Notes under the pieces: generated by a model
What the model saw: the letters and a program-made list of their open reading frames with translations, nothing else
Database searches by the model: none
Told to the model about the DNA's origin: nothing
Made by a program: the position numbers and the translations under genes
NCBI GenBank assembly: GCA_032718475.1
Contig: JAUCBJ010002774.1
Coordinates: 1-64,000, forward strand
Direction of reading: 5' to 3'
DNA from: Nemertoderma westbladi
Taxonomy: Eukaryota > Animalia > Xenacoelomorpha
DNA: 64,000 bases
In this document: one piece after another, positions 12,724-22,784 of the stretch
How the letters are laid out: every line of letters starts with the position of its first letter
Numbering within the stretch: the first letter of the stretch is position 1

Positions 12724-15700
12724 ATGGGAAGGTGTTGTGGCTGCAATTTTACGTCGGGCAAATGCAAGACATGCGTTTGCGTTCGCGCAAAACGGGCCTG
12801 CGAAAACTGCGGTCCTGGTACAGCAGGGCGGTGCGAAAATCTATTCAGGAATGGTCATTCCTGTTCGCAGCCGACATCGTCGTCAACTGCTGACAACCAG
12901 GTGGCGCCGGCGCGCATATCTTCATCGCAACCGTTGGATCTTGACGTTAGGTCTCCAGATGAAACTCTAATTGATCTAGACTCGACCCTTGTTCCCAATG
13001 GGGCTGATCAAACAGACATCACAGCGTCTGACGTTGTGGTGAGCGAGGTCGTGGGATTCACAGCGGAGTTGAATGGCGCCGCAACGTCTACTGCACCCCC
13101 GTCAGGCGCCACCACGCCTTCGACGCCCCCATCAGTTGCCGCCATGTTTACGGCGCCCGCGTCAGGCGCCGCCATGTCTACGGCGCCCGCGTCAGGCGCC
13201 GCCGTGTCTACGGCGCCCGCGTCAGGCGCCGCCATGTCTACAACGCCCCCGTCGGACGCCGCCATGTCTACGACGCCCCCGTCAAGCGCCGCCATGTCTA
13301 CGGCGCCCGCGTCAGGTGTCGCCATGTCTACGACGCCCCCGTCAAGCGCCACCATGTCTACGACGCCCGCGTCAGGTGCCGCCATGTCTACGACGCCCCC
13401 GTCAAGCGCCGCCATGTCTACGACGCCCGCGTCAGGTGCCGCCATGTCTACGACGCCCCCGTCAAGCGCCGCCATGTCTACGACGCCCCCGTCAGGCGCC
13501 GCCATGTCTACGACGCCCCCGTCAGGCGCCGTCGCCGTCATGCCTACGACTCCCCCGTCTCGCGCCGTCCCCGACCTACCAGGATATCAACCCCGCGGCC
13601 TGGCGTTTAGTTGGAACGGAATACCCGGCGAGTTATTTGAAAGTCAATTAAAGGATGCGTATGACGAGGTTGTCCACTGGAAGCCGCATCTCTTCAATAT
13701 TCCTCGTACACAGGTCGGTCGGCAATTTATTTGCTCAATTACCAAACTTTTAAAGGCCTTCAGCGAGAAATCCAATCTAGAAGGGGTTGCTTTGCTAGCA
13801 GTTATGACAGCACCTAAACTACTATTACATGCCGCAGTCAAGGAACCAGATGGACATGGTGCCTTGGGTAGTATCAGCCAAACCCTTCGGAGACGACTCG
13901 AACTTTGGAACGAGGGCGACATTGGCGCTCTCTTAGACGAAGGGAGAGCACTCCAGGCCCGGAGTGTAGGAAATGGTGCTGTTAGGGTGGACTCTGATAA
14001 ACCCAGGAGGGACTTCGTGTCTCGGATGAACACGGGACGGATTTCCGCTGCAATGGATATACTAACGGATGGTAAGGGCGGTTCGGTTATGGGATTAACG
14101 GAATTGGTTGGGAATAAAACCGTTAAGGAGATCCTAAGGGAGAAACATCCAGCGCCTGCAAGTGTCGATCCGTCACTAATCGAATCAGCATGGGGGGACA
14201 CTGTCAGTTTTCACCCGGCAATTTTCGACGCGATTAGGGGTGAGGCAATTCTGTCCGCATCCCTCCACACTCGGGGAACACCTGGTCCATCTGGCATCGA
14301 CGCCGATGGATGGAGACGCATGCTTACGGCATTTGGATCCACATCAAACGACCTGCGAAACGCGGTGGCCGCGGTTACGAGACGCCTTTGTACCGAATAC
14401 GTTGACCCCAAGAGTATTTCCCCACTCAATGCATGTCGACTGGTGCCCCTGGATAAAACACCCGGCGTCCGACCGATTGGTGTAGGAGAAGTACTGAGAA
14501 GGATAATAGGGAAGTCGATAATGACATGTACCAGGGTAGACCTGGAAGCAGTGGCCGGTAATACCCAGTTGTGCGTGGGGCAGCTTGGAGGAATCGAGCA
14601 TGCCATTCATGCTTTGCGTGACCAATACAACACCACCGAGTGCGAAGGAATCCTATCGATAGATGCAACAAACGCATTCAATGCATTGAACAGACAACTC
14701 GCGTTGTTAAACATTAAACATGTATGTCCTGCATTGTCAACAGTCCTGGTGAACACCTATCGAGAACCAACCCCACTGTTCGTGGACAAAGAGATCATGT
14801 GGTCTGAGGAGGGTACCACCCAGGGAGATCCGCTCGCCATGGCAATGTATGGCTCTGGTACACTGCCAATGGTAAAGAACCTCGTAATGATAGGCGCACA
14901 GACCGTATCAGCGGAGAACGAGGGCAAGCAGTCCATGGAAACAATGGGTGCGGTTGGAGACCCAGGGGACAGACAGGCGGACCATGACTACCCATGCGGT
15001 GGAGACCAACAAAATGCCAATCGAAGGGGTGGTTCTCTCATCCAAAAATGGTTCGCAGACGATGGGAATGTCGCCGGCGGACTCATAAGGCTAAGAGAGT
15101 ACTGGGAGAAGGTCAATGAAATCGGTCCAGGGTATGGCTACTTCCCCAACCCGGTAAAATCCTATCTGATTGTAAAGGACGAGCACAGAGAGCAGGCTGA
15201 GAAGATATTTGCAGGAACCGGCATAAAATTGACTGATGGTCACAGGGTGCTAGGATCAGTTATTGGTTCAGAGAACGCATGCAACAAATTCATATTGGAG
15301 CGTGTTGACAAACTGTGTGAGCAATTGGCGCGATTAAACGAGTTCGCAGTTACTGCTCCCCATCCAGCATATAGTTGCCTCATAAATGGTCTACAGTCAA
15401 AGTCTACTTACCTCTCCCGAACCACCCCACATTTCGTAGATAACTTGGACAACGTGGAGAAATACATAGTGGACCACCTCATACCTACACTGACCGGACG
15501 GGCCCCTCCAGGCGAAATCGAGAGGAAGTTGCTCGCTCTTCCTGTAAGGGAGGGCGGCCTTGCAATATACCAACCACAGGACCTGCGGGAGAGTTACCAT
15601 TCATCGAGGAGGATCTGTGAACCTCTCGATTCCATCGGGGTCGGAACGGCCCGACCACGCGAGGCACAGAGGCTTATTGTACGTGAAGTGGTGGGGGAAA

Positions 15701-16569
15701 GGGAGGAGTACGTGAAAGCGAAGACGGCGGATGTAAACAGACAGTTGTCAGACGACTCCAAGTACCTCCGGGCACTAACACAGGAGAAAGGTGCTTCATC
15801 GTGGCTAACAGCCTTACCAATCCTCAAGTACGGGTTCGCCCTACACAAAACAGCATTTCGGGATGCCCTGTGCTTGAGGTATGGTTGGTTGCCACCAAAG
15901 CTCCCCTCCCACTGTGTATGTGGAGTTGCATTCTCCATCTCGCATTCGCTGCACTGTCCGACAGGGGGATACCCCAGTATTCGCCATAACGAGGTACGGG
16001 ACTATTTAGCTGAGTTGCTCAACGAGGTGGCCCATGACGTGGAGAGTGAACCCGGTCTACAACAAGTAGAGAGCGAGGAATTTCGGCTGGCGAGCACCTC
16101 AAGGGACCCGGATGCGCGGCTGGATGTAGCAGCGTGCGGGGTCTGGGGCGGGAGGTTCGAGAAAGTATACGTGGACGTAAAGATATTCAACCCGCTGTGC
16201 TCCTCTAACCCCCGTTCCATTTCGTCCGCGTATCAGAAGCACGAGAGGGAGAAACGACGAAAATACGAGGAGAGGATAAATGAGATCGAGCATGGAGGTT
16301 TCTGCCCGTTCATCATGGCTACCACAGGGGGCGCTAGCAGAAGCGCGCATGCGCTCATAAATCGAATATCGCTCCTCTCAGTCAAGCGGGATTCTCCCTA
16401 TTCGCAGACCGTGTCTCTCGTGCGGACGAAGTTAAACTTTGCCCTGCTGCGGTCCGCTCTAATGTGTCTGAGGGGCGCCCGCACACCAAAGACCCGGCGG
16501 TCCACACAATCGCTGAGGGAAACCGGTATCCTCTGCGCGGTAGCCGAAGGTCTGGAGGTGCGGGCGTAG
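12724..16569 (+). CDS. CRE-like ORF: Cys-rich N-terminus, 10-aa repeat linker, reverse transcriptase, zinc knuckle, restriction-like endonuclease
   Basis: GVRPIGVGEVLRR, IDATNAFN, GTTQGDPLAM, WFADD, LPVREGGL, ASSWLTALP, CVCG...HSLHC..GG...RHN, and RLDV...YVDVK...HEREKRRKY. No stop codons. First ATG at 12724. Confidence 0.9.
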   Translation: MGRCCGCNFTSGKCKTCVCVRAKRACENCGPGTAGRCENLFRNGHSCSQPTSSSTADNQVAPARISSSQPLDLDVRSPDETLIDLDSTLVPNGADQTDITASDVVVSEVVGFTAELNGAATSTAPPSGATTPSTPPSVAAMFTAPASGAAMSTAPASGAAVSTAPASGAAMSTTPPSDAAMSTTPPSSAAMSTAPASGVAMSTTPPSSATMSTTPASGAAMSTTPPSSAAMSTTPASGAAMSTTPPSSAAMSTTPPSGAAMSTTPPSGAVAVMPTTPPSRAVPDLPGYQPRGLAFSWNGIPGELFESQLKDAYDEVVHWKPHLFNIPRTQVGRQFICSITKLLKAFSEKSNLEGVALLAVMTAPKLLLHAAVKEPDGHGALGSISQTLRRRLELWNEGDIGALLDEGRALQARSVGNGAVRVDSDKPRRDFVSRMNTGRISAAMDILTDGKGGSVMGLTELVGNKTVKEILREKHPAPASVDPSLIESAWGDTVSFHPAIFDAIRGEAILSASLHTRGTPGPSGIDADGWRRMLTAFGSTSNDLRNAVAAVTRRLCTEYVDPKSISPLNACRLVPLDKTPGVRPIGVGEVLRRIIGKSIMTCTRVDLEAVAGNTQLCVGQLGGIEHAIHALRDQYNTTECEGILSIDATNAFNALNRQLALLNIKHVCPALSTVLVNTYREPTPLFVDKEIMWSEEGTTQGDPLAMAMYGSGTLPMVKNLVMIGAQTVSAENEGKQSMETMGAVGDPGDRQADHDYPCGGDQQNANRRGGSLIQKWFADDGNVAGGLIRLREYWEKVNEIGPGYGYFPNPVKSYLIVKDEHREQAEKIFAGTGIKLTDGHRVLGSVIGSENACNKFILERVDKLCEQLARLNEFAVTAPHPAYSCLINGLQSKSTYLSRTTPHFVDNLDNVEKYIVDHLIPTLTGRAPPGEIERKLLALPVREGGLAIYQPQDLRESYHSSRRICEPLDSIGVGTARPREAQRLIVREVVGEREEYVKAKTADVNRQLSDDSKYLRALTQEKGASSWLTALPILKYGFALHKTAFRDALCLRYGWLPPKLPSHCVCGVAFSISHSLHCPTGGYPSIRHNEVRDYLAELLNEVAHDVESEPGLQQVESEEFRLASTSRDPDARLDVAACGVWGGRFEKVYVDVKIFNPLCSSNPRSISSAYQKHEREKRRKYEERINEIEHGGFCPFIMATTGGASRSAHALINRISLLSVKRDSPYSQTVSLVRTKLNFALLRSALMCLRGARTPKTRRSTQSLRETGILCAVAEGLEVRA
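13075..13560 (+). repeat. 30-bp coding minisatellite inside the CRE ORF (AMSTTPPSGA)n
   Basis: GCCATGTCTACGACGCCCCCGTCAGGCGCC units, about 15 copies, in frame. Confidence 0.9.
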
Positions 16570-16720
16570 GCGAATGTGGGACTGGCTTACTTTTTTTTTA
16601 TTGGTGGAGGGTACTACACAATTCGATGGCCTAGTAAATTTATCTATCTTATGTCCAATGTGCAGAGCAGTATTATTGATATGAAAATATAAATAAACGT
16701 ACGATGTGTAAAAAAAAAAA

Positions 16721-19295
16721 ACCGGGTAGGTTTGGTACAGGGTAGGTGTGGTACCTGGTAGGTGTGGTACATGGTAGGTGTGGTACCTGGTAGGTGTGGT
16801 ACATGATAGGTGTGGTACCTGGTAGGTGTGGTACATGTTAGGTGTGGTACATGGTAGGTGTGGTACAGGGTAGGTGTGGTACCTGGTAGGTGTGGTACAT
16901 GGTAGGTTTGGTACATGGTAGGTGTGGTACATGGTAGGTGTGGTACCTGGTAGGTTTGGTACATGGTAGGTGTGGTACAGGGTAGGTGTGGTACATGGTA
17001 GGTGTGGTACCTGGTATGTGTGGTACCTGGTAGGTGTGGTACCTGGTAGGTGTGGTACATGGTAGGTATGGTACCGGGTAGGTGTGGTACCTGGTAGGTG
17101 TGGTACATGGTAGGTGTGGTACATGGTGGTAGGTGTGGTACTTGGTAGGTGTGGTACATGGTAGGTGTGGTACATGGTAGGTGTGGTACTTAGTAGGTGT
17201 GGTACATGGTAGGTGTGGTACCTGGTATGTGTGGTACTTCGTAGGTATGGTACATGGTAGGTGTGGTACATGGTAGGTGTGGTACCTGGTATGTGTGGTA
17301 CTTCGTAGGTGTGGTACATGGTAGGTGTGGTACATGGTAGGTGTGGTACATTGTAGGTGTGGTACCTGGTAGGTGTGGTACATGATAGGTGTGGTACATG
17401 GTAGGTGTCGTACATGGTAGGTGTGGTACATGGTAGGTGTGGTACATGGTGGTAGGTGTGGTACTTGGTAGGTGTGGTACATGGTAGGTGTGGTACATGG
17501 TAGGTGTGGTACTTGGTAGGTGTGGTACATGGTAGGTGTGGTGCATGGTAGGTGTGGTACCTGGTATGTGTGGTGCATGGTAGGTGTGGTACCTGGTATG
17601 TGTGGTACTTGGTAGGTGTGGTACATGGTAGGTGTGGTACATGGTAGGTGTGGTACATTGTAGGTGTGGTACCTGGTAGGTGTGGTACATGATAGGTGTG
17701 GTACATGGTAGGTGTCGTACATGGTAGGTGTGGTACCTGGTAGGCGTGGGACCTGGTAGGTGTGGTGCATGGTAGGTGTGGTATATGGTAGGTGCGGTAC
17801 ATGGTAGGTGTGGTACATGGTAGGTGTGGTACCAGGTAGGTGTGGTACATGGTATGTGTGGTACCGGGTAGGTGTGGTACCTGGTAGGTGTGGTACCTGG
17901 TATGTGTGGTACATGGTATGTGTGGTACCGGGTAGGTGTGGTACCTGGTAGGTGTGGTACATGGTAGGTGTGGTACATGGTGGTAGGTGTGGTACTTGGT
18001 AGGTGTGGTACATGGTAGGTGTGGTACATGGTAGGTGTGGTACTTGGTAGGTGTGGTACATGGTAGGTGTGGTACCTGGTATGTGTGGTACTTCGTAGGT
18101 GTGGTACATGGTAGGTGTGGTACCTGGTATGTGTGGTACTTCGTAGGTGTGGTACATGGTAGGTGTGGTACATGGTAGGTGTGGTACATTGTAGGTGTGG
18201 TACCTGGTAGGTGTGGTACATGATAGGTGTGGTACATGGTAGGTGTCGTACATGGTAGGTGTGGTACCTGGTAGATGTGGTACCTGGTAGGTGTGGTACA
18301 TGGTAGGCGTGGGACCTGGTAGGTGTGGTGCATGGTAGGTGTAGGTGTCCTGCCTGCCAAGTACCTAACTGATCTAGACTTTGCTGATGACTTAGGAGTA
18401 CTCTCAGAATCACTAGAGGGAGCCCAACGGCTCCTCAGCTCATTAGAACATGCTGCTTCTAGTGTTGGTCTTTTTATTAACTCCAGAAAGACCAAAATTT
18501 TGACAGTTAACTTTGAAAGTCCTCAGCAAGTCTCTGATCGGATGAGCATAAGCTCAAAGGATGGTATGCTTGAGCATGTGGATGACTTCTGTTACCTGGG
18601 ATCATGGATCCGGAAAGTCAGGCGAGGACCTTCGAATACGTAAGGGAAAGGCATGGGCAGCCTTAAATAGGCTTTCCAGGATTTGGAAGTCACCGAGAAT
18701 TAATCGGAAACTTAAGGTCCGGTTATTTAGAGCAGCAGTAGTTCCAGTACTCCTCTATGGGAGTCTATGCTGGGCTCTAACTGCTGAGGACACCAAATCT
18801 CTGGATGGCACATTCACAAGAATGCTACGCCGGGTTCATTGTGCCAAGTTCAATGCACACATCTCCAACATGGTGGGGTACATGCACATGGCAGGTGTGG
18901 TACGTGTTAGATGTGGTACCTGGTAGGTGTGGTACATGGTAGGTGTGGTACTTGGTAGGTGTAGTACATGGTAGGTGTGGTACATGGTAGGTGTGGTACC
19001 TGGTAGGTGTGGTACATGGTAGGTGTGGTACATGGTAGGTGTGGTACATGGTAGGTGTGGTACATTGTAGGTGTGGTACCTGGTATATAGGTGTGGTACA
19101 TGGTTGGTGTGGTACATGGTAGGTGTGGTACTTGATAGGTGTGGTACTTGATAGGTGTGGTACTTGGTAGGTGTGGTACATAGCTGTGGTACAAAGATGT
19201 AGTACAGCTGGTAGGTGTTGTACCTTGTAGGTGTGGTATATGTAAGGTGTGGTACGTGTTGTTAGATGTGGTACCTGCCTGGTAGGTGTGATACA
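16721..19295 (+). repeat. 16-bp satellite, blocks 2-3 (interrupted by an RT fragment; degenerates after ~19100)
   Basis: Same GTAGGTGTGGTACATG unit resumes after the CRE poly(A). Confidence 0.93.
18353..18869 (+). mobile_element. Internal fragment of the RTE-like LINE, near-identical to 33960-34474(-), with one frameshift
   Basis: PAKYLTDLDFADDLGVLSESLEGAQ...YLGSWIRK / RKGKAWAALNRL...HISN. Extra A in CGGAAAGTCA (~18614). No tail and no TSD seen. Confidence 0.88.
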
Positions 19296-19599
19296 TGTTA
19301 TATGTGTTATATCAAAAGTCAGTATATATTTAATGATTTCAAGATAACTGGCAACATATAAGAAACTTAGCAAACCAATGTGCTTCAAACCGCAACAAAT
19401 TCTGTAATACACTGAAAGCAGAAGATAGGATGGAAATTCCTATGTCAAATGGGGACAATCTAGTTGGTCATTATAAAAACCGTTTCAGTCTCTTAGATTA
19501 TTGGGCCTTGGATAGGACTCTTAGATTGAATGATTTGAGAGATCTCCAATGTGTTTCAATGCAAAAAGTTTCGATGTATAAAGTGCTATACTCACACCT

Positions 19600-20280
19600 C
19601 ACTTCACAATGGGAAGGCGGCTGACAGTGACTGTCTTACATCTGAACACTTATCATTCACTTTCGGATGTTCGTCAGGGTGGGGTACTCTCCCCGTATCT
19701 CTTCAATATTAATTTATTGGAACTCTTTAGCACCTTAGAAAAATCCGGGCTGGGTTTACATAGGACGAGAGGGATACCCTGCACTATGCTATGGCGATGA
19801 CATTTTATTAATGGCGAACCTCAGGAGTAACATTGAAGAACAATTGAGGATATGCCAAAAATATTTTGGAGAATTTAACCTACTTCTTAGGTTAGAAAGG
19901 TCACGATTTGTGATCTGTACCGCGCAGTCAGCTGGGAGCACCAGTGAAGCAAATGACGGCCTGAAGTTCAACGATGATAAAGCCGCGATTCTGTCGGTTT
20001 TTCGGTCTGCCATTTCCGGCGACAAAGCAAAACATCATGGACCACTTTTTGCACAAAATCCCGTCGAACGTAGCCAAAGTTAATACACGTGGCGAGAGTG
20101 TTGATTCTGTTCCTCTATCGATCTCATCATTAATCTGGCGTAAAGTCTGTGCTCCTTCAATTCTATATGGGGTCCCATTTTTATTATTAGAAACGTTGAG
20201 TAAGAAATGGCGCAAATCGATGCGATCATTATTGGTTGTTGGTAATTTTGTATCTAATGAAACACTTTCCAATTTTTAAG
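19600..20280 (+). pseudogene. Highly degenerate non-LTR reverse transcriptase remnant
   Basis: SDVRQGGVLSPYLFNI..LFSTLEKSGLG, a frameshifted GDDILL, and downstream IWRKVCAPSILYG. Confidence 0.55.
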
Positions 20281-20872
20281 ACTCGCAATTTCGATACACT
20301 CATATACATCATACCTATATGCGGACCATATACTCAGCTTTCAACTCTTCAAATAGAAAGATGACATTTGTATTCAGCTATCTACTTGTGCGACATATAT
20401 AGCAGGTGTAATAAAAGATGAAAATGTTGGATGACTATGAGATTGGCGCTTTCAAACTCGGAGCGCCATGTTTACTCTCATTAGCAAACAATAGAAAATC
20501 TAATGTAAAATAAATTGTGAAAAATTTTCATCCACCAAGTTTATCTTTTCTAGATAACTTTAATTGTTCATAATTTAAATTTAGTCCTAAATTATAGGAC
20601 TCACTAAAAAATCTCACGAAATTCAAATATTGTTACAATTCTCAAAACTTTGATTTGATATTAAAATACAGACAGATATAGGTTTTTGTAGAAAGATTCT
20701 CTGATTAACGCATTTCATAGGGAGTAAAACCCTTTGAAAGGTTGATGTTATTGTGTTTTTCGGTTAAACACAATATTCGGACATTTCGTCATAATTTACA
20801 ACGTAGTTTCTAAACAATCTTTGAATAATAATTTATAAAAATAGTATATTGTATTAACAATAATCATGTATA

Positions 20873-21772
20873 CCGACCCGTAATATAGTGTCATTTTCTG
20901 ATGACACGGACACCCCCTAAATTTTTCTACAGATCTTTATCATATTGCATGAAATTTGAAACACCACTAGTTCAACTCACCGTGGTTGTTACCATGAAGC
21001 CGGAATTTTCGATTTCGCCTTTAAATTTTTTTATATAAGCGTTTTAAAAAAGTGTCTTTTGCGAAATTGCACATCTCCTATCATCGCCATTCTTCACATT
21101 AACCTCGCTTTATAGATATCATCAGAAAGCTTTCGTTACAAGGATTCCAAATATGTAACAATGTCTAAATTTCGTTGTGAAAGAGCTGAGATATAGGCGT
21201 TCAAAGATTGCAAGAAGTATTGTTCGCTGCAAGCCATTTATTCTATTTAATAAATATACGAAATTCTAGAACATGTTGTTTATTTTATGAGTTGGTTGGC
21301 AACAGCGGAATGCCTATACAATATATATATATTGTGTAGCTAATCATACATAAACAAATTGTTCCAGAACATCGTGTATTTGTTAAATAGAATAAATGGC
21401 CTGTAGCGAACAATAATTCTTGCAATCTTTGAACGCCTATATTTCATCTGTTTCTCAACGAAATTCAGACATTGTTACATATTTGGAATCCTTGGAACGC
21501 AAGCTTTCTAATGATATCTATAAAGTGAGGTTAATGTGAAGAATGGCTATGATAGAAGATGTGCAATTTCGCAAAAGACCTCTTTTTAAAACGCTTATAT
21601 AAAAAAAAATGTAAAGGCAAAATCGAAAATTCCGGCTTCATGTTAACAACCACGGTGAGTGGAACTAGTTGGGTTTCTAATTTCAAGCAATATGATAAAG
21701 ATTTGTAGAAAAATCTGGGGGGGGGGGTGGTCCGTGTCATCAGAAAATGACACTATATTACGGGTCGGTCGG
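20873..21772. mobile_element. Foldback MITE with ~430-bp inverted arms and TA flanks (Tc1/mariner-like TSD)
   Basis: TA|CCGACCCGTAATATAGTGTCATTTTCTGATGACACGGAC ... GTCCGTGTCATCAGAAAATGACACTATATTACGGGTCGGTCGG|TA. A degenerate partial copy lies at ~23225-23440. Confidence 0.85.
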
Positions 21773-22611
21773 TATACAACCTGCAATTCATACAACGTTA
21801 CTACAGTTAGGCGTACTGAAAGTTAAAGAATTGACTGAATTTCAGATATACTGCCCTCGTGTATGCCTTTTGAGTTTTGCACTCAGTGGCATTTTAAAAT
21901 AACTATTTAACAGTAAAATAACTGGTAATAATTATTTACATACTTGTGTGTAAAGTAGCACTTTACAGTGTGATGATCCGAGTAGCTTTGTTACAAGAAC
22001 GAACGTTAGTGAGTGAGTGAAAATAAAGCAACGAGGATCAGAACACTGTAAAGTACTTTGCAACACGTATGTATGTAGTTTTATTCCAAAATTTTAACAT
22101 TACGAAATGATTGTACATATACATTATAAGTGATAGAAACTGCACAAATTATATTAGTTGCTGTATAAATAAATGTAAAAATGACATAAATTATGTTATA
22201 AATAAGTTAGCTTATATTTATGGTGGCGTTTGGAGCCATGTTATAATAATATAGCTAGGCCCTACTGGTTATTAATAGCTATATCCCGCCTACCGGTAGG
22301 TAATGTAGTAGGCCTATCTGGCTGTCAGTCAAATTTCCACCTATTGTTTACGTGGTATCAAATGACGGCGTTAAGTAATGTCCCCTTAGTGGATATTACT
22401 TAACGCCGTCATGGGTTACCACGTAAACAATAACACCAAATACAATACTAAATGAACAGGCCAATACAATGCTGTAATTTCCTCTAAAGTTGTAAAGTCT
22501 CTTTGTTTTCATTTTTATAATTAATTATGCCAGTCATTAATGTTGTTTTATATTTAATTCGCGCTCTACCTGTGTTTAGTGTTTTGATTATAATCAACGT
22601 TGTCTCTGTAG

Positions 22612-22784
22612 GCGCAGTTGAGAAACAGAAACTCGTCTACATATTGAATCGCGATAGCGAGGCGAGATTGACAATCTCCTCGCCCCTGGAGGCCCATAAA
22701 GCCAATACCATCATCTACTTTACTCTGGGGGTAGATGTTGGGTTCGACAATCCAACGTTCGCCACTCTCGAGATGGACTATGAG
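22612..22784 (+). CDS. SF3B3: SF3B3 coding exon 3
   Basis: CTGTAG acceptor; [30 protein letters not shown]...[19 protein letters not shown]; donor GAG|GTGAGT. 173 nt. Confidence 0.95.

Larger units (their letters stand above)
12621..16720 (+). mobile_element. Apparently full-length CRE-clade (RLE-type) non-LTR retrotransposon inserted in the 16-bp satellite
   Basis: 9-bp TSD ACCGGGTAG at 12612-12620 and 16721-16729. AATAAA at 16692 and poly(A) at 16710-16720. One long ORF. Confidence 0.88.

Noticed and set aside
13008-13651. Overlapping repetitive ORFs (13008-13541 -, 13073-13651 +)
   Set aside because: Alternative frames of the 30-bp minisatellite in the CRE ORF.
10681-19295. Telomeric or interstitial telomere repeat
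   Set aside because: G/T-rich, but not TTAGGG or TTAGG, and the unit matches the adjacent exon junction.
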